This document shows positions 11,255 to 24,610 of a stretch of DNA of 64,000 nucleotides, in pieces. The notes beneath the pieces are model-generated. The model searched no databases, was not told the origin of the DNA, and saw only the letters and a list, made by a program, of their open reading frames with translations. Position 1 is the first letter of the stretch; each line of letters opens with the position of its first letter. A program made the position numbers and the translations under genes. The DNA lies in assembly GCA_964016885.1 (NCBI GenBank), contig OZ024742.1, positions 234,112,001 to 234,176,000 of the forward strand, in the 5' to 3' direction. The DNA comes from Eledone cirrhosa. Lineage: Eukaryota.

Positions 11255-12130
11255 ACCCTTCGAGTATAGGCAATCAATGATCTTCCTTCATTCATCCTTT
11301 GTCTTCTTCACATCATCTCCTTGTCAACAGGAGTCTGCTGGGTTTGTTTCTATAAAGCTATGTTACTGATTTTCTTTGACCAATGGACTTCTGAATATCT
11401 TCCTAAGTAGTGGTTCATGAAGATCTAGATCTTCTTTAAGGTGATTTTCACATACCTCCATGTACCTCAGCCCCATACAATAGGATTGATTTTATGTTTG
11501 AATTGAAGAGGTAAAGTTTAGTGTTCCTGGAGATGAGCCTTGACTTCCAGATTTTATTTAGCAAGAGGAATATCATTTGTGTTTTGCTAGTCCTAGCTGC
11601 TATGTCAGCATCAATGCCACATATCTGGTCAATGATGCTGCCCAAATTCATAAGGTTTGCTATTTCTTCAAGTGGTTTATCACTAATATGTACTGGCTCT
11701 TCTGTGGTAGCATTGAGTCTCATAACCTTGGTCTTGTCTCTGAATGTTTAGATATCTCATTGAAAGTCTTTTCTTTTGCTTCTCAAGCAGACTGAGAAAG
11801 CTGTAAAAGGTCATCTTAATCAAGGTCCAACACATCTGTGTTGTAGCCTTGGGTTGTCCTTGAGGGTTTCTGCAGAGATGTCATTTGGTCCTGTTGCTAT
11901 ATTATTCTTTAGGGACATTGTAGCTTTTTAGATTTCAGTCTGGTTTGGTGGTTTGCAGTTTATGAGTAGGTCTACTCCAGTTGCTGGTATGTTGGGGTTG
12001 GGTAAGGGATGCTGATCTGTTAAGCAGCTCTTTGAAGTCTTCTGCCCATCTGTTCAGCTGTAGGTCCATGCCAATAATGATACTGCCTTCATTATTATGA
12101 ATAGGATAGTCATTTCTCCATTGTTTGCCA
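11255..12130 (-). mobile_element. RTE (BovB-like) LINE relic with internal deletions
   Basis: LGSIIDQICGIDADIAART..LNKIWKSRLISRNTKLYLFNSNIKSILLYGAE; QLNRWAEDFKELLNR. Confidence 0.8.
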
Positions 12131-13368
12131 CTTACACCCATGAGTTTTCCTCTATCACCACCAGTCTCAGAAACCCTGCAAAATGTCGTTGGCACTGCTC
12201 TTTATCTGTCTAAGCTATTAAGAAAAATCTTTGATTTTCTCAAATTCCCATATAACAGACAGCCATGTCACCAGATTGAATTTGGAAGAGTAGTTTTAAC
12301 TTTATCATGAATATTATTGTGCCACTATGAAGTATATTTTATTGCCTTTCTAATATGCTGTTGATGAAGAAGTCCAGCATTTACATTTTGTTAAAATTTG
12401 TTGTCGTCTTACCCTATCAGTGTATTTGATTTTTCCTAAAAAGCATTTCTTACTTTGGAATAATAATAGCTTGAGGATCTCAGCTCATCTGGGACTTGTT
12501 GCTTTATATTAGTGATGATTACATCTTTTTATATCGATTGAAACTTGCCATCCTTTATATGTACTTTCACAACTATATGAGAAACCATGCATATCCAGTT
12601 TAGAATAAGTACACCATATCTCTGTGTGTCGTGAGAAGTGACTGAAAGGGTTCATATGAAGACGGGTATCTGGTTGTAAAAACATTGCCTTGAAAGGTCC
12701 CATCCAGTCCATGCCAACATGGAAAAGTCAACATAAAAATGATGATGATGATGACAATTTATGTATGCAGTTTCTGAATGTCATTTGGTCTCAAGCTTTA
12801 CTGAACCATTCTGATTTCTGTTCTCTCCAGCCTTCTCTGCTACCAGGGCCATTTTAACATATGGGCATACTGGGCAGTTGCCTGAGAGATCAACAAGCAT
12901 AAGGTCCCCATGCTAATCTATGTCTGTTGTGACTTACTATCAATAAATACATACTATACTAAACTATAAATATTTGTTATTGGAAAATGCACATTTTAGC
13001 ATGTGTTTTGCTAAAGATTATAACCAATATTAATGTTAATTTATATAACAAGCGGTCATTGGCATTCACATTTGATTTAGTATCACAGGCACCGCTACAA
13101 CTACTTTTATGTTATCTATCTCATGATATATAATATAAAAGTGCGTTAACTACATTTCAACTTACTGTTCACCTATAAGCAATGATACTAGATTAGAAAT
13201 TGAATTTGATAAAGTACAAGTAACTTTTGATAGTGATATGTAAGTGGAAAAGCTATTTATATAAAATGTAAACATTGTAGAACCTATACAGAGATAAGTC
13301 TAGGCTTTGTTTAGATTAATCTCTGTGTTGATTAATATTTGCTGTACAGAATGTTTTTTAGTATTTAA

Positions 13369-13575
13369 CCCTTTAGCATTCACATTTTATATATACTATT
13401 ATATTTTAATGGTAAAGGCTTTACCTCACATAATTATCTCACATAATATCGAATCTATGAGATTTTGAAAGTATTTATTTTGAAAACAATACCTTAACAT
13501 CAGTTTGAGTGACCAGTTGCAGCCAGTTTCAACAGAAAAAGGTAGAGAATTCTGGCCGGTCTGAACACTAAAGGG
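13369..13575 (+). mobile_element. piggyBac-type MITE (family P1)
   Basis: TTAA-CCCTTTAG ... CTAAAGGG-TTAA; further copies at 38249 and 38834-39325. Confidence 0.85.
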
Positions 13576-14191
13576 TTAAACACTAATTTCGTTGGCAGTA
13601 CCTATAGATATGTTTCATTTTATTGACAATGTACCTTTTTTATTTCTTTGAGTGGTTGTGTAGGCAGGGACCACAGTGGGAAGGCAGGTAGGCTATTATT
13701 GCTGTTAAAATTGGCCCTGTTCATCTTCCATGTCTCACTCTTACCCCCACAACTGTCTTGATAAGAAGGAAGCTGCTTTAATTGACAGTGATGTAGAGGA
13801 GATGACATATATTCTTTAAAGATATATATATTTAACCTGTTAAACAGGTTTGGTCATGTATTAGATGCAGAAAGATTATAGGAAAGACTTTTCTTACTTT
13901 TGCCAACACGAAAACCAGCTATTGATTGGTTAAATGATGTTTATATATCTTGCAGGCTCATATTAATTCCATTTAGTTGGAAAATGTTTGTTTTTAAATT
14001 ATGTGATGTTCATTTTTATGGCATTATTGATACTTTCAATAATTGCATTGGACTAATTTAAAATTTTCATGTTTAAGTATACATTATTTTAGAGTGAAGA
14101 ATTCTCTTTCTGTTCATGTATAGTTTGAATCTTAAGTGATTAAATAAATGGAAATCTTGTTTTTAAATTAAATTATGCTAACCCCTCCATG

Positions 14192-14235
<44 letters not shown>

Positions 14236-14432
14236 TAAACACACACATGCCTCCCCCCTCCATTTTCTTTTCCATTTCTTCTTATTCTCATTTATTTTTC
14301 TATTATATCTCATTTATTTTATGATGGACTAACTTTCTTACTATATCAAGCTTTAAACTCATATATTTTCATTGTACTGTATCGTTTTTCTGTGATTTTT
14401 ATCCATTTACTTTCCACACACATGTATATATA

Positions 14433-15635
14433 CAAGGTACACTCAAGAGGTTTTGTGACTTTTATCAGAGAGACATTTATTTAACTCAGATCAACACAAA
14501 ACTCTAGTCTCCTTCAAAGTAAGATCCTCCAAAGTGAAGGTGTCCATGGCACTTGTCACAGACAGCCTCCTTCATCTCCTCCACACCCTTGAGCTTCTCC
14601 TTCAGTTTCGGGAACATCCAGAAGTCACATGGGGCAATGTCTGGACTGTAGAGAGGATGAAGGACAGTCTTGATCCCCATATTGACCAAGTAGTTGGTTA
14701 CCAGACTGGATCTGTGGCAGAGGGCAGTGTCCTGATGCAGGTGCCACTGACCAGACTTGAAGAGTTCTGGTCTCTTTCTGAACTGCCTCAGAACCTCTAC
14801 ATAGTACTCTTTGTTGACTGTCTGACCCAGTGGATATAGATGATGCCCTTACTGTTGAAGAATGGGATCATCATCAGCTTCCCACTGGACCTGCTTTGCC
14901 CGGCCTTCTTGGGTATTGTGGAGTCAGAATGTTTCCACTTCGTCTCTGGATCATAACAGTAGACCCAGCTCACATCACAGGTTACCAGAGACTCAAGGAC
15001 GCTTGGATTCGAAGCAATCCACTCGACCATCCCCTGCTATCATCAACGCACCTCTGCCTTTGATCTTCATTGAGCACCCTAGAAACAAACTTTGTGCATG
15101 TTCAGATCGTCATGAATGTCTCTGTGCTCAGTGTCCTCAACCACTTCAAATTGTTCAGCAATCATCAGAAGAGATGCATAACGGTCCATGTCCAAAAATT
15201 TGCGAATTTTGTCAACCAACTTTGGCATCCTGGTCTTCTCCCTGCAGCATCTGTCATTGTCCCTTACCTGCTCCCTGCCCTCATGGAACCTCTTGTGCCG
15301 ACAGAAAAGTCACCTGATTCACGAAAATTAGTTTGTAAACAGGTTTGACCATTTCATAGGTTTCTAAAGCATTTTTGCCGAGCTTAACACAAAACTTTAT
15401 TGTATATCAAGCTGCAAGTTGTCCTCACGTCCCAACTGCATTATGGAACCTGTCACTTGTGACAAGATGCGTATAACAGATAGTATTTAAAGTGCTTTAG
15501 TGGTGCGAAGTTCAACCTGGAAAAAAAAAAGATTTAGCATGTTTGTTTATTATAAGCATATCAAGGATGTATTAAAATAGCAGTTACATAAGTGCCTAAA
15601 AGGAAAAAGTCTCAAAACTTCTTGAGTGTACCTCG
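14433..15635 (-). mobile_element. Near-full-length degenerate mariner transposon
   Basis: TIRs CAAGGTACACTCAAGAGGTTTTGTGACTTT / AAAGTCTCAAAACTTCTTGAGTGTACCTCG; transposase motifs LVTCDVSWVYCYDPETK and HPLYSPDIAPCDFWMFPKLK; frameshifted. Confidence 0.92.
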
Positions 15636-15637
15636 TG

Positions 15638-15676
<39 letters not shown>

Positions 15677-16024
15677 ATATATCGGGTTTCTACACAGTTT
15701 CTATGTCACAAATTTTACTCATAAAGATATATATATTTAACCTGTTAAACAGCGATTTGAAATCAGCTCTCACCACTTTTGCCCAGTTCTTCCTTGGGCT
15801 TCTACCACTGGGATTTCTTGGCACTTCTTCACCCAGTGACCACCATCCATGTTTTTCTCTCAGTTCATTCAAGCTCTGTCATTCAGTTACATTGCACATC
15901 CATCGAAACATGCTTGCTAAATAATTCATCAAATTGACAGATTGGTGATCATAGCATTGTTTTTATCACCAATGGTCTCTTATTATCCATTGAAAATTGT
16001 CTTGTCTGTCTGTCTCTAAATCAG

Positions 16025-16230
16025 GCCAAGAAAGTCTCTATATAGTTGTTCAACCTGCTAGAAATGCCAGCCATATCTCTCTCATCATGTCATTCCATCT
16101 GGAGAATAGACACATTGTATAATTTAGTGCTAGATGGATAATATCTAAGAAAAGGATGGGATGGTCATTTCTGGCATTCCTTTGAACATAAGTTTACTTG
16201 AGCAGGACTAACCTGGTTACTAAACAACAA
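16025..16230 (+). repeat. Old dispersed SINE-like repeat (family C); related copies near 17290-17470 and 56095-56265
   Basis: Shared CTGCTAGAAATAGCA-like segment and GATGGTC..CTTTG segment, AAC-type tail. Confidence 0.55.
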
Positions 16231-16714
16231 TGTCAATTATTAAATGAACTGCTTATACTTGTATTATACTGGGTTTTTTCTTTTGCCTGTTTTTCAGCAG
16301 ACATATAATCTTACTTATATAATAAAACTTGTGTCAAGTGCTTTGACACAGTTATTACACCCTGGGATTATTTCCACTCATGTCTTTACACATTCCACAT
16401 TGATTTCTCATACAATCCACAGATTTGTAGAAGAGCCGTAAAGTTAATAATGTGTCAGTTGTATATCTTGTTCTTAACCCAGCCTATATAAAAAGCAGAG
16501 TTGTCCGCGCCCATTTTTACCCAAGATATTCATAAAGAAAATAATACAAATGAAAAAGGAAATAAGCCTAAGTTCGCTGTACAGTATCATGAAAAACAAT
16601 TGGCATTATCCAAACTAACTGGGATGACGTCAAGTATATTTCATGTAGATTGAGTCTTCCTCAGACACCGCCTCTCCTGCCAACGTTCCGCCTCGAACAT
16701 ATGTGTCACTTTAT

Positions 16715-17040
16715 ATCAATTTGGTGTCTTCCTCATCAACAGGTATCCTTCTTGATGATGACTGTACCCACATTGGAGTGGCACAGTGCCTCAGCCATCG
16801 CAGGTGGGGTGGATGTTGCAGCAGGTATCTCTGGCCATTCTCCGTGGTAATGCCTTTGCCATTTTGTCCGTGGGGCACGGCTGAGTCACCTCACAGGCTG
16901 GGGTGTAGTGTCTGTCTTTCTCCCTTTCCCTTCGATACTTCATCCTCTTTTTTCTTTTTCTTCTTTTCATTTCCCCTTTTTGTTCCCTCTAATAGTGTGT
17001 TTTGTTTTTATTACTGTCCATTAGGCTGTTTTTGAGCTAG
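16715..17040 (+). mobile_element. Internally deleted CRE-like fragment with 3' UTR
   Basis: SSTGILLDDDCTHIGVAQCL joined to WMLQQVSLAILRGNAFAIL*; 3' UTR shared with 20045-20195. Confidence 0.65.
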
Positions 17041-17479
17041 TATTTTATTTCTTGCCTTGTTAAGTCATATGCTATCTAATAATTAGCTGAACTTTTAATA
17101 CTTTTCTAACTTAATTTACAAATACAAAAAATAAGCGTAACTATATAACATTTTAGATATGTTAATGACTTTTGGTTATTTTAATGTGATAACATTTAAA
17201 CAAAGCACATGAGATAATATAAAAAGAATTTTATTGTGTCGGATCTCTCTTGACGGACTCAGTGCCCCCACAGAAATCTACCGAAAAAACAAGACAGATT
17301 CTACTTGATCTGCTAGAAATAGCAACTAAATTTTTCTTAAATTACACCCTAACATCGTAAAAGAAAAGGAAGCATATATTGGAAAAAGTAGTCCAAGATA
17401 TACATGACGGGGTGGTCGTGTTGGGAACGTCTTTGGTCAGAGGGATGCTCGGTCAAAATAACAGGCAGCAACGCCTTTT

Positions 17480-19610
17480 ATTTACAAATCGAGTTAATTT
17501 ATGCACATGCGCAATATATTGTCTTCACCGTATTTGTGCTTGTTTTGATTTCAACGTAATTATATGGTCTTTTTTCTTCAATCGTGTTATTAAGAAACTT
17601 AGAAGTTAGTTGTATTACAATCTGTTTGACAATTAAGTGCATTTATGTGCAATATAGGAATGAACATAGAATATATGTTTGCATTTGAATAGAGCGGATA
17701 TAAAAGGGAGAGGAATGGTGATAGAAATGTCCTCATTTTTTATTCCCTTTCGCCGTCTTCTGTCCGCACTATTGCTTTGTTTAAATATATAAGTGTGTAT
17801 TCACATTTAGATTTTCAAAGTTGAAATTTAATGGAACATCTTTATATGAAATAGTTTGTGTTGTGAAGAAGATTATTTTGTTGTGTTCTTTGGGGACAAG
17901 CGAACAATATTAAGTTAACGTAAGCGTGTCTGTAGTGACATAACAATAATGGGTACTATACTGGTATTCTCTAAATATAAATCGTTTGTTTGCAATGTTT
18001 GATTAACTACTAACTAGTTCATAGAAATTTGAATAAAAGTAAGGGGCCATTTATTGTTCTGATTATTAGAGCTATAAATGATATTTCTCTCCAGCAAGAT
18101 GGGGTTGCTTTTAAATACTGGATATATATAAATTGCTTGATAGCCAAAATAGAATTTAGGATTTAAAAGAAAAGAAAGATTGTTTTACAGTTTCGTGATT
18201 AAGCTTAAAAAAATGTAAAACTTTATCGAAACACTAGAAGTGTACTACCCCCCCCCCTACACACACTTTTTTTAAAGGTATATCAAGTTTTGTCCCTTTA
18301 CTTTTTGATATACCTGTTAATACACTTCTTTTAACTATTAATTATTATCAAACGTTTTTAATCAATGTCTCAAATCGGCTGTTTCTTAGGTATTGAACTA
18401 GATATATATAATCGCTATTGATTTCACAAGTTGTAGCATGTCTTGATATTGAGTTTGCTGTCTTGATATGTGATATTCTCTTTTCATCAATAATTAAATA
18501 AAATACCGAACTGACTTTACTCTGTTTCTGTATTCTAAACCTGAAACTCATTACATTTTGGATCCAGTTTCATTTATCTTCGTTTTTTTATTTCATGAAA
18601 TTAAAAATAATATGCTTACATATGCTTATAAATATCTCGTTGTTGCGAAAATCTGGATCCTAGTTGTATCTCTGCTGAAATATAGTCAAATTATCTATGT
18701 ATAACTGCTGGATAATCTCTTATCTTGGGAATGTTAAATTTATTTTCCACTTTCTCTTTTTACATTTGACCTTCACATTACATTTTACGGGTACAGCTGT
18801 TATACAGCGAATTTATTGACAAATTTAACTTAAGCAATAAAGGAAAGATAATGTGCTTGAATTCATTGTAAACTGCTGTTACGAGTATCTATTGACATCA
18901 ATTTGTTAGAGCAAGACATTTGACCAGTGTCGCGCCCGCACTAACAGGAGTGACTGGTGATGTTTAATTAAAAAGCATGGCGTTTACCGGCTTCCTTTTC
19001 TCGCTAGCGATTTAATGTTGTTATTCGCTTACTACACCAAAATATTTAAGGTATGATCCACATGGCTACTTTCATTACTTAGTTTTATACAGTTATATCT
19101 GTCGATTTTTGCCGAACATGGAAATATTCTATCACTTATTGTTTATTGTTGTTATTCTGACATTTGACTCCAACTTTTAAAACATTCTTTGTTACTATCC
19201 AAAATTAAGCAACACATTATAACTAATTCACTTAAACTTTATAAAAACACTCGATTTTGCTTGGAGTCAATATTTCATGCGTTCTTTTTTTTTAAACATG
19301 TAATTCAAAGAAGAAACCGAACGTTTACAATTTTAACACATTTTCATGAGATTTTCCCTACTACAAAGTATCTATCTAATCTATATTGAGTCGTCGTACA
19401 CTTGTCAAAATACGCCTCTTTAATCCGTTTATGTTGTAAAATTGTCTTGATCGTTAAGTATTGTATTATGTTAAAAATGTCTGTAAGTATATGTCTAACT
19501 TCATATTGTACTTTTGTATACAATGATTATTTTATGTGTTCACAAATACCTGTTCATTACATGCTTATGATTAGTAAACAGTTGTATTTAGCGAATCTCG
19601 GTGAGTATTT
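17480..19610 (+). promoter_or_regulatory. CpG-retaining, TE-poor region with candidate non-coding first exons
   Basis: NRF1-like TGCACATGCGCA 17502, YY1-like CATGGCG 18976, donors AAG|GTATGA 19050/19051 and TCG|GTGAGT 19600/19601. Confidence 0.35.
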
Positions 19611-20044
19611 TACGAACTTTTAACCACGTGTTTCGAATCTAAGGTTTTGGTTTACATGTGTTTTAAATATAAGGTTTTAGTTTACATGTTTGAAAATTAA
19701 TGTTACTCTAGCTATATTATCGTTATGAAGCTTGTTGCAGTATAGTTAAAATCACAATTAAATATATATCTCTCTTCTATTTAGTTTAGATTGGATTATT
19801 ATTAGATACAAAGTTAAATACGCTGTATACGCCCTTTAAGGGGTAGCTATGTACAAAGAGATCTAAATTTTACATTATCATCCGATAACATACTTATAGA
19901 TTCATAACGTTTACATTTTCTGCTCGTTCCTAAATCTTAGTAAATCCATCTCTTGGTTAGTTTTCATAATTATTCAGACCATATTCTTTCATGTCAAATA
20001 GTCGTGTCACTCCTTAACATTTACTAACCAACACGCCGAATACC

Positions 20045-20195
20045 CATTATTGTCTCTGACCACTCTCCGTGGTAACGTCTATGCCATTTTGGCCGCGGGG
20101 CGTGACTGAGGCACCGCTCAGGTTGGTGTGTGGTATCTGTTCCTTTTAATAGTGTGTTCTGTTTTTATTAGTGACTATTCAATTATTTTTAGCTC
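20045..20195 (+). mobile_element. CRE-like extreme 3' end
   Basis: TCTCCGTGGTAACGTCTATGCCATTTTGGCCGCGGGGCGTGACTGAG resembles 16839-16886. Confidence 0.6.
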
Positions 20196-20537
20196 ATTAT
20201 ATCCTAGGAATAAGTTTATATATACTAAAAAATATTAACTTGTATATATATCATGATAGTATTTTCTGTTAAAGTATTTGTTATTTCAATGTTAATTATG
20301 ATATATACTAAGTTTTTCGGTAATATATATTTTATAAAATATCCGTATCTCTATATAGGGCATGTAGTACTTTACTACTACTAAGCCTTGTCACTATGTA
20401 TTGCTGTTATACAGACATTTGACCTGAACTTCCAGAAGTTTATTTCAAAATTGGCATTTTGTCATAACAAATGAGACTATTTTGAATAGAATTTTTTCCG
20501 GAAATACATTTATTAAGGGGTTTCAGTTATTCAGATA

Positions 20538-20620
20538 AATAATTAATATATAATTAATATATTAATTTTAATATATTAATATATTTTAATATATTAATTA
20601 ATAATTAATATATTAATTTT
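20538..20620. repeat. Pure AT minisatellite built from TTAATATATTAA-type units
   Basis: Direct reading. Confidence 0.8.
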
Positions 20621-23062
20621 ATCTAAATACGTTTTTCGTCATGTGATTTAAAACAAATTGTCAACCACTTGATGACAATTCTTCTTTGTGTACTAATGTT
20701 ATAACTATTACTTTTTAATTAACGGATACCCAATAATACACCAATAATATTTGTGTTCTTTAAAAAAAAAGACTTTTCCCTGGTGGAACATGTTTAAGGC
20801 TGATATTACTTCTCAATGTAGACCAAGCACTTAGTACAGTTATCGATATTATTGAACTTTTTTTTTATGAGAGAACTGGTATGATTGATTTATTCAATAT
20901 ACAAAATCTCAGAATGTCATAAAAAACCATTGATATTATATAAACAAAAAATGAATAGTATCTATTGAAAAGAAAACATTATTAAAGGAAACAAAAAAGG
21001 AAGAAAGAAAGAAAGGAAGAAGAGGGACAGGCACTATACCCTAGTCTGGATGGTACCTTAGCCATACCCTGCAGAGATCTTCAGCTTATATGGACCACTT
21101 TTCAGTGCCATAGAGAAAAATTCAGCATGCCAGTAACTGGAACACAGATCTTTGTATACAGTTTGGTTTTCCTTTGAAATGAATGTCATTGATTGTGGGA
21201 TCACTTTTCTTATTTCATTTTCATGTGTGATACAAGATCTTGATCTGACTGAACTGATATTCAGGCTAACCCACCTTGAAATATGTATAAGACTAGGATT
21301 CAGAAATGTCTGTGGAGCAGAGCTGAAACATACTGCTCAGATTGGGGATTTGAGTGTGTTGCTCCTTCTCCCTTTTCTGTTCTTTCGTTGCTTAAATTCT
21401 TTTTCCTTTTTCTTCTCTTTCGTTCTTATTTCCTTATTTCCATTTACACTGTACAGTTATTACCACATTTTCTCTTTATTATATCCATATATTTATTATA
21501 GATTGACTTAGAATAATCTCAAGAACTAGATCATCAACACAGTTACTATCTGTTCATACATTACAGATGTATGTCACACACAAGATAACATTCATTTACT
21601 AGTTAAACAAGAATGGCAAACGTATACAATCCAGTTAATTGCCACTAATTTAAAATTCATTGCTTTCCTTTCTATTTGTTCTGGAAAGTAGGCTTTTTCA
21701 TTTTAGCTAGTTGGTCACTTACTCTCTGCTTCCAGTATATTCCAAATTTGGAATCTGAAGACTTGATTTGCATCTATGATTAAATTGGAAGTCACTTTAA
21801 TTCAGTAAAGTATGAACATATTTAGCATTTGATAAAAATGACATAGCACATAGAGAACATGTGGGTTTGACAAGAAAAAATTTACAATTTTGACCTAGTT
21901 GCATCTCATTCAGCTTTAGTGCAGTTAGAATCACACATGTTCTCAGATTCATAAATCAATTTAGAGTTTGCTGTAGTGAAAAATTGACAATATATTTTTA
22001 TGTATGCAAGACAAACTTATATGATGGTGAGGGTTTCATTAATTGTAGACTTAATAAATTACATTCAAGACATCTCCTTTTTATAGCTAGAAATTCTCGT
22101 AAATATATCTTAGACAAATGTTATTGCTCATAAATTCAATCCAACATTTTGAACTAAGCTGTTATGTCACAGAAGACTGGGTTTTGTGGTTCACTTGTAT
22201 CACATGTCTGGCATGTTTTTTTAATCCGTCTCTACATTTTCCCTTTTGACTCCTGAAGGTGAAAACATTTTCTTGGAATATGAAAAAGACATTGCAAATA
22301 AGAGGTGTTCATCCTCTTATCCAGCCATTCATCGTCGTTAAATCAAGTTATAGATTGTTTTTGTTCAGTTGATGAGACTATCATTGTAAATTGCTATTAT
22401 CAGGATGAATTGTTGATCCTTTGTTTATACCTTTATGGATTTATTGAACAAATTTTAAGCTGAAGACCATCAGGACCTGGCTAATAGATTTTTTGGATGT
22501 GTTTGTTAATCCAGTGTTGCTGTTGTCTAATGTCAAAAAGCTTACTGTTAGGTGTGGTTGTAGTCAGAATCGATATAAAAATTCAGGCTTAATTATATAA
22601 GTAGATGAATAGCAACACTGTGGACCATGACTTGTACAGTGTGAAATAATTTACCTTGCCTGTACATTTTCAAGTCTAGTTATGCAAGCAAACATTGGCA
22701 CATATACAAATATATATGTACATCAAGCTACCAGTAACCAATCAGTCCAGATAAAATGCAATGAAATTAAAAATCACTTTCTTAATTTAACTTAACTATG
22801 GACTCTTGTGAAAATTAAAGTTAAAATGCTGGAGGAACAATATATTGTTGAACTTGTTTTCATGACCAAATGCATGAATGTTTTGAAATATATATTACCT
22901 CTAAATATACTATAATGGCTTGAAATGTATTTTATTCAACATTTTTGTAGTTTTCTTTTACATAAATTAATTGAACTATTAACTTCATGTTTTTTTACAG
23001 TTTACTTTGGATGATGTATTTATTCTATGATTTCCAGTGCTATATTTTAATTGTAAACATTG

Positions 23063-23877
23063 TCCGCTGGATGTGTAATAGTAATATATGTGAACGGCAA
23101 AGCATAAACGAACTAAGGAAAAAATTAGAAATAAGAGGGATCAGATGTTGTTTACTCGAGAGAAGGCTACGTTGGTATGGTCACGTGATGCGCATGAAAG
23201 ACGATAGCTGTATAACAAAGTGCAGGGCAATAAAGATAGACGGTAGCCACGGAGTAGGCAGACCCAGAAAAACCTGGGACGAGCTGATAAATTCCGACCT
23301 CACACACTTACACCTCTCCAAGACAATGTCACTGGACCGAGACCTTTGGCGGTACTCAGTAATAGAGAAGACCCGCCTTACCTAAATACAAAGTAAAACC
23401 TACTACAGTCAGTAGGCATCTCTAACAAAATATACCCCCGTCCCCCCACCCCATCCACACCGCCCCTTTCAATGTAAAGTTATGTTGGTGCCACAACATC
23501 CAGGCCGAAACAAATGAGATCGTGTAGGTGTCACGACAAAAAAACACAGTCCACGCTGTAATGTGGCTGTGTAGGCAACACGGTAAAAACCTCCCAGCCC
23601 CACACTGTAAATGTGGTTGGTGTTAGGAAGAGCATCCAGCTGTAGAAAACCCGCCAGACAGTCCACGCTGTAATGTGGCCGTGTAGGCAACACAGTAAAA
23701 ACCTCCCAGCCCCACACTGTAAATGTGGTTGGTGTTAGGAAGGGCATCCAGCTGTAGAAAACCCGCCAGACAGTCCTATGCGAGCAAGACAATCACTCTT
23801 GCCTCAAGTGGGAAAACCCCCGTCCAAACCCATGCAAGCGTGGAACACGGACGTTAAATGTTCATGATGATGATGTC
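23063..23877 (+). mobile_element. 5'-truncated RTE LINE with an approximately 112-bp tandem duplication in the 3' UTR
   Basis: RWMCNSNICERQSINELR..RRLRWYGHVMRM..GRPRKTW; duplicated unit at about 23547-23658 and 23659-23776; (GAT)n tail. Confidence 0.92.
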
Positions 23878-23894
23878 CTTCATAAATATATATA

Positions 23895-24140
23895 GGCACT
23901 TTATTTCACATTGCTCCAGTTTACTCAGCTGTAGAAATGAGATGATAGGGACTGGGATCCCTATCATTCCACTGCAAAGTGGTCGTGGAGGTGCCATGGC
24001 AAAAAAGCACCCAGTACTCACTGTAAATGAGGTTGGTGTTAGGAAGGGCATCCAGCTGTAGAAATAAAGCCAGAATCAGTTCCCGTCCCACCCTTGCAAG
24101 CAGGGAAAAAGCGGACGTAAAATGAAATGATGAAAATGAT
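23895..24140 (+). mobile_element. CORE-SINE fragment followed by an RTE 3' UTR fragment
   Basis: GGCACTTTATTTCACATTGCTCCAGTTTACTCAGCTG, then AGGAAGGGCATCCAGCTGTAGAAA..GGACGTAAAATG. Confidence 0.7.
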
Positions 24141-24214
24141 GAAATATTCAGTGTAGATAACGAAAGAATAGGCAGGGTTAATAGATTTATTTTTAGCATT
24201 CTTGTTAACATCAT

Positions 24215-24610
24215 TTTATGTCCACTTTCCTATAGTGTCTTAGATTAGATGGATCTTTTCCAGTAATGCACATCACACAACAGAGAACTTCATCATCTCT
24301 TTTATCAGACTTCTCTTACCATTTCCTCCCTTGAATTTTTACTTTTCTGCAGACTCTTTCCTCTTATGTACATCATTTCATACTTCTTCACCCAACTATC
24401 AACCTTCATATGTATCTCATATAACTTTCTTTTTTGCTCTCTATGGTTGCTTCCTCTGATACCCAGATTTGTTTTAACATACCTGTGTTCTATCATTTCA
24501 TGCATGCTGACCTTATACATACAATGTAGCATGCTCACTTCATTTCTTTCTAGCTTTTGCACATCCACCCTGTCTCACTACCAAGCAACATCACATTTTG
24601 TATTTCAATA
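24215..24610 (-). mobile_element. Old RTE fragment
   Basis: DVQKLERNEVSMLHCM..LGIRG. Confidence 0.75.

Noticed and set aside
12844-13100. hAT-like terminus CAGGGCCATTTTAACATATGGGCA
   Set aside because: Matching opposite TIR and TSD not found; too weak to call
21152-21511. 119-aa hydrophobic ORF and other short F/L/I-rich ORFs
   Set aside because: Products of low-complexity T-rich sequence; no recognisable domain or splice support
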